NCBI RefSeq assembly: GCF_009914755.1 | Contig: NC_060947.1 | Direction: 5' to 3' (one strand) | From: the human T2T-CHM13v2.0 reference genome, Homo sapiens | Length of the DNA stretch: 64,000 nucleotides | Shown here: positions 51,742-64,000 of the stretch, in pieces | How the letters are laid out: the number at the start of each line of letters is the position of its first letter | How positions within the stretch are numbered: the first letter of the stretch is position 1 | Made by a program: the position numbers and the translations under genes | The notes under the pieces: model-generated | The model's input: the letters and a program-made list of their open reading frames with translations, nothing else | Told to the model about the DNA's origin: nothing | Databases searched by the model: none

Positions 51742-52388
51742 TACTCAGCTGCTATTCACTAGGACCACCAAACCCAGCACAGTCAAAATTATAGTCTAGC
51801 ACTTCTATGAAGTCTTAACTGATTAGATCTAGTCCTAGCTCTAAAGATGCTGATCACAATTGCTAGCTTCATCCACCAGGAACAAGCCTAGAGAGATTAA
51901 GACAACAGACTGGAGAAAGACAAGCAGCTCCAGGCTGTTTTGACCTAGTGTTAGGGTGGTGGCTCTGTTCTGGGGCAGGAGGCAGCCTGGCTCAGCTGTG
52001 GATGATATGTTAAAGACAAAAGTAGGTTGAGTTCTGCTCCTGCTTCTCCCCTATTATGTTGAGACAGGGTTGGTCTCATACCTACAGGTATTTACACCTC
52101 TGGGCCAGGTGTCATCAAGAATAAAATCAGGTCCAAGCAAAAAGCCCTAAGTCAGCTAAGTAAAAACTGGGAGAATTGCTTAGTAATCTCTCGTGTCAAG
52201 AAAACCTCCCACCTCTGCCAATTTCCCCAGGGCTATTAAATTACAGCCTAAAACTCGCTTTCTATTGCACCCTCTGCCGTGTAAGCAGAGAGGCCTTGCC
52301 CTTTGAAGTCAGTTTGTGGGCAGGAGAGTGATTAGCCATCTTCCTGGCACCCAGGCATTCTATTTTAGGGTTCATCATCTCTCCGGTA

Positions 52389-53129
52389 TGAGAGACAAGA
52401 CTAGCTGGATTTCCTAGGCCAACTAAGAATTCCTAAGCCTAGCTGGGGAAGGTGACTGCACCCACCTTTAAACACTGGGCTTGTAACTCAGCTCACACCC
52501 CGCATCAGGTAGTAAAAGAGAGCTCACTAAAACACCAATTAGGCTAGAAGCAGGAGATAAAGAAATAGTTAATCATCTATTGCCTGATAGCACACAGGAG
52601 GAGGGACAATGATCAGGATACAAACCCAGGTCATTCGAGCCAGCAGTGGCAACCCCCTTTGGGTCCCCTCCCGTTGTATGGGAGCTCTGTTTTCACTCTA
52701 TTAAATCTTGCAACTGTAGACTGTTCTGATTGGTGTTTGTTCCGTCTCGAGCTGAGCTTTTGCTTGCTGTCCACCACTGCTGAATGCTGCCGTTGCAGAC
52801 CCACCATTGACTTTCACCCCTCCGGATCCAGCAGGGTGTCCGCTGTGCTTCTGATTCAGCGCGGCACCCATTGCCGCTCCCGATCTGGCTAGAGGCTCGC
52901 CATTGTTCCTGCATGGCTAAGTGCCCAGGTTTGTCCTAATCAAGGTGAACACTAGTCGCTAGCTTCCACGGTTCTCTTCCATGACCCATGGCTTCTAATA
53001 GAGCTATAACATTCACTGCATGGCCCATGGTTCCATTCCTTGGAATCCGTGAGGCCAAGAACCCCAGGCCAGAGAACAAAAGGCTTGCTGCCATCTTGGG
53101 AGCTCTAAGAACAAACACCCGCCGTAACA
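52389..53129 (+). mobile_element. LTR17 (HERV-W) solo LTR
   Basis: TGAGAGACAAGACTAGCTGGATTTCCTAGGCC...CTATTAAATCTTGCAACTG...GCCATCTTGG...GTAACA, matching the recalled HERV-W U3-R-U5. Confidence 0.92.
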
Positions 53130-53279
53130 CCTACCCCTAACCTGTGGGGTTGGGGTTACTTCGAGCACTGGAGGCCTGGCCTTCCCCCAGAGGCATTGTT
53201 AGTAGCCAACATCCCCCGGGAAAGTGAGCTCAAGCCAAGATGAGGTTTTAAGAGTACAACTATTTCAGGATAGTTAACT

Positions 53280-53640
53280 GGATCACAGATTTCAGGAGGA
53301 GAAATGTTAAAATAGATAAATCAGAGATTAAAAAGGCATTAGCAACATTAGATTAGGTGTGAAAGTCATTAAAATACAGGATACAATGGTTATGAGAGCA
53401 GAATTGATCTAAGGAACAAGTTAGCTTACTTAAAAATCAAGATTGATAAGATCATCTAGAAGGAAAGGGGCAACGCAGATCACATGAAAAGAACACTTAA
53501 GATGTGGAGAATGGTCATGCTATCATCCAAACAATAGGAGTCAGAAAAAAATCTGAGGGGGGGAAACATCCGAAGGTTTAGCGATACTAAAGAGTAAAAT
53601 GGCCCACGAAGAGGATAAGTAAGGAAAACTTCATGCCACA
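53280..53640 (+). mobile_element. Very old L1M ORF1-like remnant
   Basis: A-rich sequence with L1 ORF1-like motifs (ATAGGAGTCAGAAAAAA, AAGGAAAACTTC). Confidence 0.35.
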
Positions 53641-56167
53641 GGTGAGGGGGGCGCTGACAGTCCTACATTCAAGAGTTGGAGGAAGGAAGACAGTCAAAGG
53701 AACAAAAGCAGACAAGGGCGGGGGCCCTCCGGCAGCTGCCGATGACGCCATCAGCAGGGCCCTGTGGCTGCTCAGTCCCTGGATAGGTGAGACAGTGCTC
53801 TTTGGAGGAAGCAACATTTGAGAGGCCAGAGCCAGGAGAAACTTCTCTCATTACACACAGAAAGGTGCCCCTGCCTCCCAAGGGAGCAGCAGGGACAATA
53901 GGATCCGAGGGAAGATTAGAGATAGAATCCATCATAGAGATCACAGAAGGGCTTGTCCTAGGCCATGACAGAAACACTGACCCTCTGCAACATCTGCAGG
54001 GACAGCAGGGGTTCAGTGCCTCAAGCAGGACAGTCAGGCCCATGAAGTCCCAGCTGTGGGACTGAGGCCAAGGAGGGCCAGGATAGCCCACATTGAGGCG
54101 GCTCCATAGCGGTTTGGCGTGGAGGGAAGGTGGGGGGCGGGGGAGGCGGGGACGGTGGCGGTGGAGGGGTGGTGCGTGGGGAACCTTTAAGACTGATGCC
54201 ATTTAGCCAGCTGCTACCACTCAGCTTGGTGCCAGCTTTACTCAAGCCCCTCACAGTGGTGGGGTTTCTTCCACACATGGCTCTCCCACTCTTCTTTCCC
54301 CTTAGTGCCTGTGCCAGACAGGATCCCCCTTGGCCTCAACCCTCAGTCCAGTCTCTGCCACAGCTTGCAAGTGGGAAGGCACTAACATTCCTCATTTCTG
54401 CAGTGAGGACATACATTTCTCACTTGCGGCCTATATTCCTCCTGCCTCCCACCTCACTGCTTATTAATCTGAGGCTTTTCTGCCCCCTCAACATTCAGCT
54501 AGTGCTGTTCTCTCCCCTCTTCACAGCAGCCCCCTCCGCCCCTGCTAAACTAAAGGTCTTGAGGCAGAGTGGGGCCTTGTCTTAGGAGGCCCTGCCACAG
54601 TAAGTCATTGTGTGGGTTGATGAGTGATGGTTAGGCTATTCCCAACACCTGGGTACTCTACCTTAGGGCTCATCCTCTCCCCACCCCCTGCACTCAAAGT
54701 CTTTTAAGAACTGAATTCTGGCCTTTCTCCATAGGCATTGCAGGGACAGTAGCCAACACCACCTGGGAAAACAAGCTCGAGGCAAAATGAGATATTAGGA
54801 GTGTACCAAGCTCATATTGTCCACACAGCTACACAGCTACTCTGAACTTTTGCCCAGTAGCTTCTTCCTGTGACACCAAACCACACCAGGCTCTCATGCC
54901 AGAGCTCAGTCTTCATGATGGATACCAGGAGGTCAGGTGATGCAGAGGCTGCGTAGGTATTTCGTAGCACCTGGCCACTGGCTCTCCAATCAGCTAAGCC
55001 ACTGTTTAAAGACCCCAATTGTCTTTCCAGAACCCACCCTGCTTAAAGAAAGCTATTAGTTCCAACAGCCAGACCCAAAGTACACGAGCTCAGGCATAGC
55101 ATTGGCCTCTTTCAGGATCCTGCCTGTGACATTGCCCAGATATGAGGCAGCAGCCATGGGTCAGCCATCCCAGGATCAGCTGGAAGGAATGGCCTAGGGG
55201 GCCTGATTGCAACTAAGGCCAAGACTTTGCCACTTTCCCAAGCCAACTTTCTAACCATCCAAGGTGTACCCAGCTCAGGAACCCAAACATGCCCAGGCCA
55301 CCTTAGAGGGTCAGACAACCTCAGGCACCCAGAGTCCAGGGCTGAACAGAGACTGTTCATTTCTGGAGTTCTCTTCCAACCAGACTCTACAGCCAGCATC
55401 AGGTTCCTTTCTAGCTCAGACCAGATGCTTCCCAACTGCCAGCTTTCCATCCCCTTCCCACTTAACACTTCATCAGGTGGGAGCCCTGCACAGCTGTGCC
55501 CTAAGGACTTCTCATACCCACAGTCCTTTCTCCCTCAATGGCTGCTTGGCTAAGCACCACATCTGCTTCAACTCCCCTGAGCAGGGATGTCTCAGAACTT
55601 CCTCCCTTGGGGGAGGCTGCCATGACCCACACCCTTTCAGGACCTGTGCCCAAGCCAGCAGCCTTTAACCCTGGGGCCTGGATAACCCCACACTGAGGGC
55701 AGGCCGATACTTATATTTCCCACGTAGTCCTTATCTCAAGCCCAAGTCAGAAAGGCATTGCCAGTCACCAGGCCAGTTGCCTTCTCCCTGCCCAGAGCAA
55801 GCCCATCACCTGGAAAGGGAGCCCCTAAACCCAGTCCCTGCTGTCAGAATACCAGGCCAGGTAGATGGAACCTTCAAGTTGAAGGTTCCTCATCCGGCGT
55901 CAGCACACATGTTGGTGGAACCTTCTGGCTCTCCTGGAACCAGGAGTCTCTTCCAGATTCAGCCAGGAATAGCCACCTTCCAAGCCAATTCATTCTTGCT
56001 CATCAGCCTCAGCCTAAAAGGCTTACTAGCTTCACTCAGGCACAAGTCACTTCAGCCCTTCTCTGGAAGCCTGTGATGACAGGCACTAGGCTCCTACACC
56101 CCTCCGTCCAGCCAAGGCATTGCATGAAGGGTTTTATAGGGCCCTGATCCTCCTCCTTCTTCTAGAT

Positions 56168-56355
56168 TAGCTGTTCTAAAGACTTTAGCATGCATTAGAA
56201 TCACCTTGGTGGCTTGTTAAAACAAGGTTGCTGAGCCCCATCCCCAGAGTTCCTGTTTCAGTAGGTCTGAGCTAGAACTGAAGAATTTGCATTTCAAAGA
56301 TGTTCCCAGATGGTTCCAATGTTGAGTCTGCTGCCTACGCATTGAGAACCGCTGT
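56168..56355. mobile_element. MER5A DNA transposon
   Basis: GCATGCATTAGAATCACC..CCCAGAGTT..TTCAGTAGGTCTG..AGAATTTGCATTTC..TTGAGAACCGCTG. Confidence 0.85.
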
Positions 56356-56797
56356 TATAAAGTCACCAGAAATGTAAAGGGCCAGTGCCTCCCCATCTTA
56401 ATGAAAGCACAGATAGAGATGGTTTTATAAGAATAGCTCTAATACATCGGGGCTGATTCCTTGGAATTGAATAAGGAGAGTAGTCTGCCTTGGCTTTGAA
56501 GTCTCTGTGGTCCCTAGGGCTTCAGTAAACCTCAGGGGACACTGCTATCGCTTGGGAATTGGAATGCAGTACTGAGTGCTTGATATTTCTGCTTCCTTAA
56601 TCAGTGTCCTGGTGGGTTGGGAGAAGGAAGGCAGAAGAGGGTGTGTGAATATGTAGAGTACATCCTGGAAATAATAGGAGCTAGATTCTCGGCACATCTC
56701 TGCCACCAACTCCCTCAGGTACACTGGTAAGTCACTTGCACTCATTGAATCTTGCCTTGCTCAAAGTGCTGAGATTGGACCACATTTATCATGGATT

Positions 56798-56905
56798 AGC
56801 CAACATTTATTGTTATTTGTGTGCCAAGCACTGTGCTTAGTGCTGGAAGATAGAGATAAAAGATACAGGCCTTTGCCCTGGAGGAGTTTGCAACCTGGTA
56901 GTAGA
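56798..56905 (-). mobile_element. L2 3' end
   Basis: AACATTTATTG..GTGCCAAGCACTGTGCT..TGCCCTGGAGGAGTTT. Confidence 0.7.
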
Positions 56906-59086
56906 ATAACAGGAAACTAATTATCAGGATCCACATGGGAAGTGAATGCGTTAGTAAGCAACGGGAAGCCTATTCTGTTGCTCTCTGCAGTTCTTTTCAG
57001 CCCTAGACGTAAAAGAGAAGAAAAAGCAGCCAGAGGAGAAGACTGACTCCGCCATTTTGGGGCAAATAGTCTCCCCAGCTCTGGAAAACAAGCACACTAG
57101 CTTTCAGAGGGAAGGGATTATATTTAAATTAGATATGAAATCAAGCTCTTAAACTTCTCTCCACCCATTTTCTGCCTCATTCTAAGGCAGACTGTGAGCA
57201 TACAAGAGCCCAATCTGTTTTTATTGTTTATACCGACTTATAGTTTACAAAGTGTCATATAGGCTAAGATGCTGATGTTCCATCCCAGAACAATTTAAGC
57301 AGAATCTTTGGTGCAAGACCCAGGCATCAGAAGGTTCTCTGTATAGAATCTGTGGTTGGTTGGAGAATCATTGATCTAGATTAGCAGAAAAAAAGATTTC
57401 CAAAAGCCCAGTGGAAGAAGCACAGCTCTAGCGGGGTTCTGGGAACAGTAAAGCCCACAATGTGACTACTGAAGAGGGAGGAGTAGTGAGAAAGAAGGTG
57501 GGAAGATGGCCTGAGCCAGTTTCACAAAGGGCCTTCCTTAAAAACTGGCATTAGGTGTTTTTCATGGTTAATGGGGAACCATTGAAGGTCTCTGAGGAGG
57601 GACATGATGTGATCAAAGCTGAATACCAGCCACAGCAGTCTCTGCTTCCTCCTTCCTCTTCTCCAACTCCTAGATTTTATTTCCATCATATGACAAAAAG
57701 GAAAGGGCTTGAGCTTTGGAACCCATTCTGTCAGAGAATGCAGCTTTAGGGTGGATACTGGCGGACAGACAAGAGGGGAGGAGTGCCCAAGCTAAGAGAT
57801 TAGAAGAGAGACAACTGTCAGAACTGAATCCTGCACCTTCACAACTATTGACAATTCCCTTTGTGGCCTTGGGCAAGTAGGTTAGCATCTCTGAACCCAA
57901 GTGTTCAAACATGGCTCCTCCTGACTGCCCAGGAATACATAGACAATATTATAGAAGCATGCTTTGAAAAGGTGAAAGCTGGACCCAGAAGCAAGGTGTA
58001 TTTATAACAGTATCCCTTACTGAGCCCAGCTGAGCAGGCAGGGCTGAAGGACTAGAGAATTAGATGATTGGAAGAACATTTGAACAAGATCATTTCCTGT
58101 TAAGTCCCAAATCTGGGCGAAAGCATAAGGGTGGGTGAAGTAAGCACATTTACTTTTCATGATCCCAAGCTCAAATGTGAGAAGATGGTAGCAGGGGTGA
58201 TGTGGAATAGAAAATGGATGAAACATTTATAAGAGCCAGGTTAATATTGCAGGAGGGGCCAGACCACAAATGTGGAGAAGGGAGGCAAGACCCTTGTGTA
58301 ACCTTCTCAGACTTGGTTTATCTGGAAAGATGCAATTGCACACATGGTTTAAGGGGAACTGCCTGAGGACTGCAGGAGGGGGATGGGAGGTTGGAGTAGA
58401 GGGTTATGATGAGGAGTTTCCTCTTCCAAATTCAGATCCCAGTTTTGCTGTGTGACCTGGACACACGGTGTTATCTCTCTGGGCTTCCATCTACTAATTC
58501 ACCTGCTGCCCCTAATTAGGCTAGAACTGGATCCTTGCTTGGGTCGTTAATATTGCTCTGATCAAATTGGTGGTGTAAAAGTGATAATATAAGCCTAAAA
58601 TGAGTGGTGAAAAATAAAAGATTAATTTAAATAGCAAATATACTTCAAAGTGGTTTCCTTGCTTCCCAGCACCACCTCAGTCTCAGGCCCTGAGCCTCTG
58701 GCCTGCCCCCACCCTCAGTCTGTAAGGCCCTTCCCCAGGTGCTCAGCCTCAGGGCAGCCTGGTTGCTGGTCGTGTCTGGCCTGCCTGATTCTGGTTCCTG
58801 GCTTGGGACAAGTTCCCATTGGAGCCCTAGCTCTGGGGACTGGCAGTCCCTAGGTGAGATTCTTGTTCCCAGGATGAGCTCACTGGTGACTATAGAGCCA
58901 TGGAGTGAGTCAGCAGCCCCACCAGAGGGTAAGGCTATAAGGCCTCAGTCTCCCCTTCCAACCCTCCTATCCTCCATTTCAATCTACTATATCTACATCT
59001 TCAATTCTGCTGTGAGTTTGGGAACCACAGCCTCGACTTAGCTTGCTTTTCCCTTTTCTATTTTAAATCTGTTTTTTAAACCAGTA

Positions 59087-59707
59087 TGTCACACCAACAA
59101 TCTGCAGTAGTAGCATACAGTGCAGGTCACCTTATTTTAACAACTGCAGTGCTAACCAAGATACCAGGGAAATGAAATTGTAACCGGGCCTCTTGAGATT
59201 TCAATACCCCAGCACTTTTAGTGACCGAATGAAATAATGAAAATTCTTATTACACACTTGCCTGCTTCACGTTAATTGCTTACTTTTTGCCCGATATCCC
59301 TTTTTCCCACAATATAATTATAAACTGCTGATATACTATTTCTTTTTCAAGCAGGAAGAGAGAACTTCAGGGTCACGAAAAATTTTGCAGAAAAAATGAA
59401 TGCCTTTAAGGACACTGTGAGCGGCTGCTGACACTCAGAAGTCTGGTTGCTCAAGGTGTTATCTGAGACTGAAGGAACACAGACTTTTTCCCTGGGTTCC
59501 CTGAGAATCCCCCTCCCTTATTCTCTAGCTGCATTAAAAACTCCCTGTTTCATCTCCTTGTTAAGACGAATTTGAGAGATTTACTCTCCTGCCTTCTTAC
59601 TTTGGCCAAATCCAATAACCGTTTCTCTGTCTCCAAGCACTGGTATCTCAGTGTTTGGCCTCAGCTGCACATCAGGTACACGAGCCTGAATTTGGGGTTC
59701 TACAACA
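59087..59707 (+). mobile_element. ERV1-type solo LTR
   Basis: TG...CAACA termini. Its 3' end (GAATTTGAGAGATTTACTCTCCTGCC..CTCAGTGTTTGGC) resembles the MER31-like LTR at the window end. Confidence 0.55.
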
Positions 59708-59799
59708 AAGTGGTGATTAAAGAGTTTGACTTCTCCTTCCATTTTCTTTTTTACACAATTGCTCAAGTGGTTTAACCAAGAAGACACAAAAGACCAAAC

Positions 59800-60550
59800 T
59801 GTAAAGCAGTAAGACAAGGCATTCATTGGAGTCTTAGGAATTGCAACTCAGAAGACACAGATTCAGCTAAAGGCCGAATTGTGTTCCGAAGAGAAGGAGT
59901 GTATGGTTTTTTTATTTTCTTTTTTGAGAAAAGGTCGCACTCGGTCACCCAGGCTGGAGTGCATGCTGTGATCATGGCTCACTGCAGCCTTGACCTCTGG
60001 GCCCAAATGATCCTCCCACCTCAGCCTCCTGAGTAGCTGGTACTACAGGTGCATGCCACCACATCTGGCTAGTTTTTATTTTTGTTTTTTGGTTGTTGTT
60101 GTTGTTTTCTGTTTTTGGAGAGATGGGGTTTCACCATGTTGCCCAGACTGGTCTTAAACTCCTGGGCTCAAGTAACCTGCCTGCTTCAGCTTCCCAAAGT
60201 GCTGGGATTACAGGCATGAGCCACTGTGCTTACCAAGATTTTTAGAAGGAAATTAAGGGTGATTGCACAAGTTGTTTTAAAAGAACTATCATTGGTGGAG
60301 GTGTCTGGCTTAGTAATGAGTCCATAGTTCATTGGTTGTCGCTGCAGGAGTTGCAGTTGCAGTGCTGGTGAAATTCAGCAGTTTACGAGGATGTTGTGGT
60401 CTTGGCAGTTTGGCACAGTTGGAAGGTTTGAGACAAGTTCCTGTTATTTTGCAAGGTTTCAGATCATGTAAGTAGTGCCTGTTAGAATGATTTCCTGACT
60501 CCATTTCAGAGCTCTGAACGAGTAATGCCATTTTGTATATCACATTTCAC
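59800..60550 (-). mobile_element. ERV LTR interrupted by AluJ
   Basis: GGAATTGCAACTCAGAAGACACAGATTCAG...GCCATTTTGTATATCACATTTCACA terminus. Confidence 0.5.
59907..60232 (-). mobile_element. AluJ
   Basis: Diverged antisense dimer with an expanded middle linker. Confidence 0.92.
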
Positions 60551-60984
60551 AGGTACCTAATAAGAGCAAGGCAATTCCATGATGCCATCTGCCGAATTTG
60601 TTGCTGAGAAGCAGTTGCTGTTAGTCGAGGTAGGCCTTGCACAGTCTGATAGGCCCTGGTAGGCTTTGCCCAGATGGTAGCTTATCCCTGTGTTCAAGGA
60701 AGAAACTTGTCTCTTGATCCACTTTCATTCAAGGCTGTTCCGAATGTTGCTGGTCCCAAAGCATCCTTCTGTGCTGGTAGCTCTAGTACTTGAGGTGTCA
60801 GGTAAAACTCACCATGTATGAGGCCAGCTTTGGCATCACTGTTCGGCCCTAAGGGGCTATTCTTAGGAGCTGTCCTCCTTCAAATAATCCTTCAGTATGG
60901 TAGTAATACTGTTTCTCATAAGTCTAACATAGTGGCTATGACAAGAATTTGCATACCTTGCTCTCAATACTCATCTATATGCTT

Positions 60985-61290
60985 TCTCTATTTCCCAGCC
61001 CCTGTGCCTGATGGGTCATGTGATTAGTTCTCCGCAGTATGCTGTGAATAGAAGTAATGTCATTTCTGGCTCAAGGAAGTAGGGTGACTGTGCCTTCCCC
61101 ATGCTCTTCCTATGCAAAAGTGACCCTAGAGGCTATATAATCTAGATAATATAGCTAAAGATAAAATATTCCTAGGCCTATACTGGTAAGAAAGCCTTAC
61201 ACAAATCACTTTACCCTCATAAGACTTAAGAAGTAAACCTTTGTTATGTTGCCTAGATCTGAGTCTTTGTCACAACAGCTTTACTTAGTG
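60985..61290 (+). mobile_element. Old MLT1-type LTR fragment
   Basis: TTTCCCAGCC..GGTCATGTGATTAGTTCT..AGAAGTAAACCTTTGTTATGTT. Confidence 0.55.
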
Positions 61291-61654
61291 TTACTTGGAC
61301 TCATGCTTGTCCCCATGGACTAAGCAATTTTCTCCCTACCAATCTCACTGCTACCCCACTCTTTGCCTCAGCAGTGACAAAGAATCATTACTGATTCCAT
61401 GGTAAACTCAGTTGTCCCTCAGAGCTATGACTCTGGGACCCAGGCTGTGCTCAGGGGTTGAATGTCCTAGTGAGGCATCTGTTTCCTAAATAGAGTCCCT
61501 CCCTTCCATGGTGGCTCTGTGATGCTTGGTTTCTCTCTGTTTGGCTTTACCTCTGTTGGGCCCCAAAGGACCTGTCATATTTACTTTTCTCTATTTTACC
61601 TCTAGTTCTGGTGAAATGCCATATAGTTTTACTCTCCTGTGGTTTCCCTTCTAG

Positions 61655-61951
<297 letters not shown>

Positions 61952-63797
61952 CCTTCTAAGTTCCTTTAGGCCACATCTAGGAAGAGAATATGGGCTTCAT
62001 CTGCTTTGGTATGAACTGAAGACACAACACCACTGGTTTTCCAAAAGATCCTTAAGCTAGTGAGCAAGCTATGCATTTATCATCTAACATAATGATTATC
62101 TGCTTAATGCCAAAGTAGACCCGGGACTAGAATTTTTAAAGGAAAACACTTGACTCTTCTGTCACCAGAATGTTTTATAGAAAAACACGTTGTTAACCAA
62201 TACTACACATTCAGTGTTGCTGCTTCCGGCCTTCATTCAGCATGCGGATTTGGCAGTTACATAAACTTTGGGGCATATTCCGCTAGAAGCTCAAACAGAT
62301 CTTTTGCCCATTTGAGTTGGTGTGTTGGCCTTATTAGAGGTGAAGACCCTTGTAAGTTTCTCCTGACTTGCCACTGGGCTCACTTCTGCTCAGGATATCA
62401 TTCTCTCCCCATGGCCTGCCTAGGAGCTTGCTGAGGGTCTTCCTGTTCTATGGAGAATTACTAGAACTCCACTGAGTGGCTAAGGCTGGATAATGAGGCA
62501 GATAGACCACCTACTGCCTAGGAGGGTACTAAGGGGCAGGCATTCAGTACCCAGGACCATTCTATGGCCCAGGGCAGAGAAGCTTCTAAGATAACAAGAA
62601 GCTGTGGTGGGGCTCCTAGGATTGTTGCCTGGGGGTCTTGCTTATCAGGAGGGCCCAGTAGCCTCATGTGTGAATATGTGGTATATAGGGGGTCAAGATT
62701 GCCCCATGCTGTGTCCTTGCCTCATACCTCTGATACTGAAAACAGAGCCCTGCTCCAGTAGCATCTTTCCTGTGGTCTGCCCAAATAGCTTTTCTCTCAC
62801 TCTTTTCCTTTGAGTCTCTGTTATTTACCCAAGGTGGGGATGGCAGGAAGGGACACATAGCAGGTAGCATCTGGACATCCTTCCTTATACCCTAGCTTGC
62901 TGTCCTGCTGTGTGTATACAAGGGGAGCTGTTTATGGGGACTATTGTCCTGGTCCCCTGACCTGTTCTGTCCTTTCTTAGGTGAAATTTCTTGACATCCC
63001 TTAATTCTGGGTTATTTGACTAGTGTTACAGCCAGCAACATGGAAGGTGTTTACCAGTGTCCTTCTCTGCATGTTTTTCTAGGTCCTTTTCTTCTAGTTA
63101 CTACTTTCCCTAATACTGACAAAATGCTTATTCTACTTAGCATCTAACCTCTCCTGTCTGTTCACTTGTCAGTGTTTATCAAAAATCGGTCTTGACAATC
63201 CTTGAATAGGCTCTGGAAGTCTAAGGACTGAATTAGCATTGGACTATCAATGTGTGGGGCTGCCTTCTCATCTAGCAATATTTCAGCATGTTGTCTAGCA
63301 TCTGTCCTAGGTGGGACAAGTGTGGGTGAGAACTTACGTTACTGTCATGGTTTGTACTCCTGGCTACATGCTAACTTCCCTCTTTGTTTTTTGAATTATT
63401 CAACATCCTGAGAACTTCATTCTCTTGGCTAGAGTATGAAGCCCTGTACCTTCCCTGCAATAGAGGCGGCTGCATAGCTGTAGTAGGTAAGGATTAATCT
63501 TGGTTCAAGAAATCTTGGTTCAAGTTAGGGGTTTGACTCCCTAACCAGGAGTCAAACCAGCCTTTTCCCGGGATCTAGTCTGTTCTGCCCTGAACAGTTC
63601 TGCCTTCCCCATGCTCTTGCTTCTGATGGGGATAGGTTGGGGTATAATGGTGACTTGGGAAAACAAGCTGAGTTGACAGAATGCCAGAATTCCCTGTCAG
63701 TCTCTGAGGATGGATGTCTCAGTCAACCAGGTAGGATAATAGACATGTTCTAACAGTTTACATGTGGCCATGCTAGTGGTGCCATCTGGGCAAGATC

Positions 63798-64000
63798 TGT
63801 TGCTGAACACCAGAAATTCAGCCTAGGTCTGGTTGCTCACAGCACAGAAAAGCCACTCACTAAGACAATGAGTATTGCCAGGGAAAAAAAGTTTTATTGC
63901 TGGTGATGTCTCCCAAGAGATGGGAGACAAGTCTTAAATCTATTCCCTTTACCAACTAAAGTTATGGGTTCATATAGAGGTGGGAGTACAGGAATTAGGG
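63798..64000 (-). mobile_element. MER31-like LTR (runs off the window end)
   Basis: CTAGGTCTGGTTGCTCACAGCACAGAAAAGCCACTCACTAAGACAATGAGTATTGCCAGGG matches the recalled MER31 3' end in antisense. Confidence 0.65.

Noticed and set aside
53669-54585. Pro-rich and Gly-rich ORFs of 150-177 aa
   Set aside because: Low-complexity translations of the G-rich tract with no domain similarity that I recognise.

Overview
Human-like (primate) genomic DNA, recognisable as the Xq22 neighbourhood of RAB40AL. The only credible protein-coding gene is the intronless RAB40AL ORF (12278-13114, +; Rab GTPase + SOCS box + CAAX). It sits in a RAB40B-derived retrocopy whose poly(A) remnant and 10-bp target-site duplication are still visible. 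Much of the rest is interspersed repeats: L1s, Alus, MIRs, L2, MaLR/THE1, LTR17, MER4-group LTRs and DNA transposons. The main unexplained structure is an old, degenerate tandem array of a ~6-7 kb unit that does not match a transposon I recognise, with 5 copies plus 1 partial between ~0.9 and ~41.3 kb. Each copy carries the same set of exon-like cassettes, and their splice sites are intact in some copies and destroyed in others. One donor is derived from a MIR, and two copies carry a 33-nt antisense micro-exon candidate. RAB40AL landed inside this array at an apparent splice acceptor. Other notable items are a 131-bp near-perfect inverted duplication inside an L1, an 85-nt pre-miRNA-like hairpin, and a THE1 provirus whose LTRs come from two different subfamilies. 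All alignments and repeat calls were made by eye and from memory of consensus sequences; boundaries are approximate and subfamily calls tentative.
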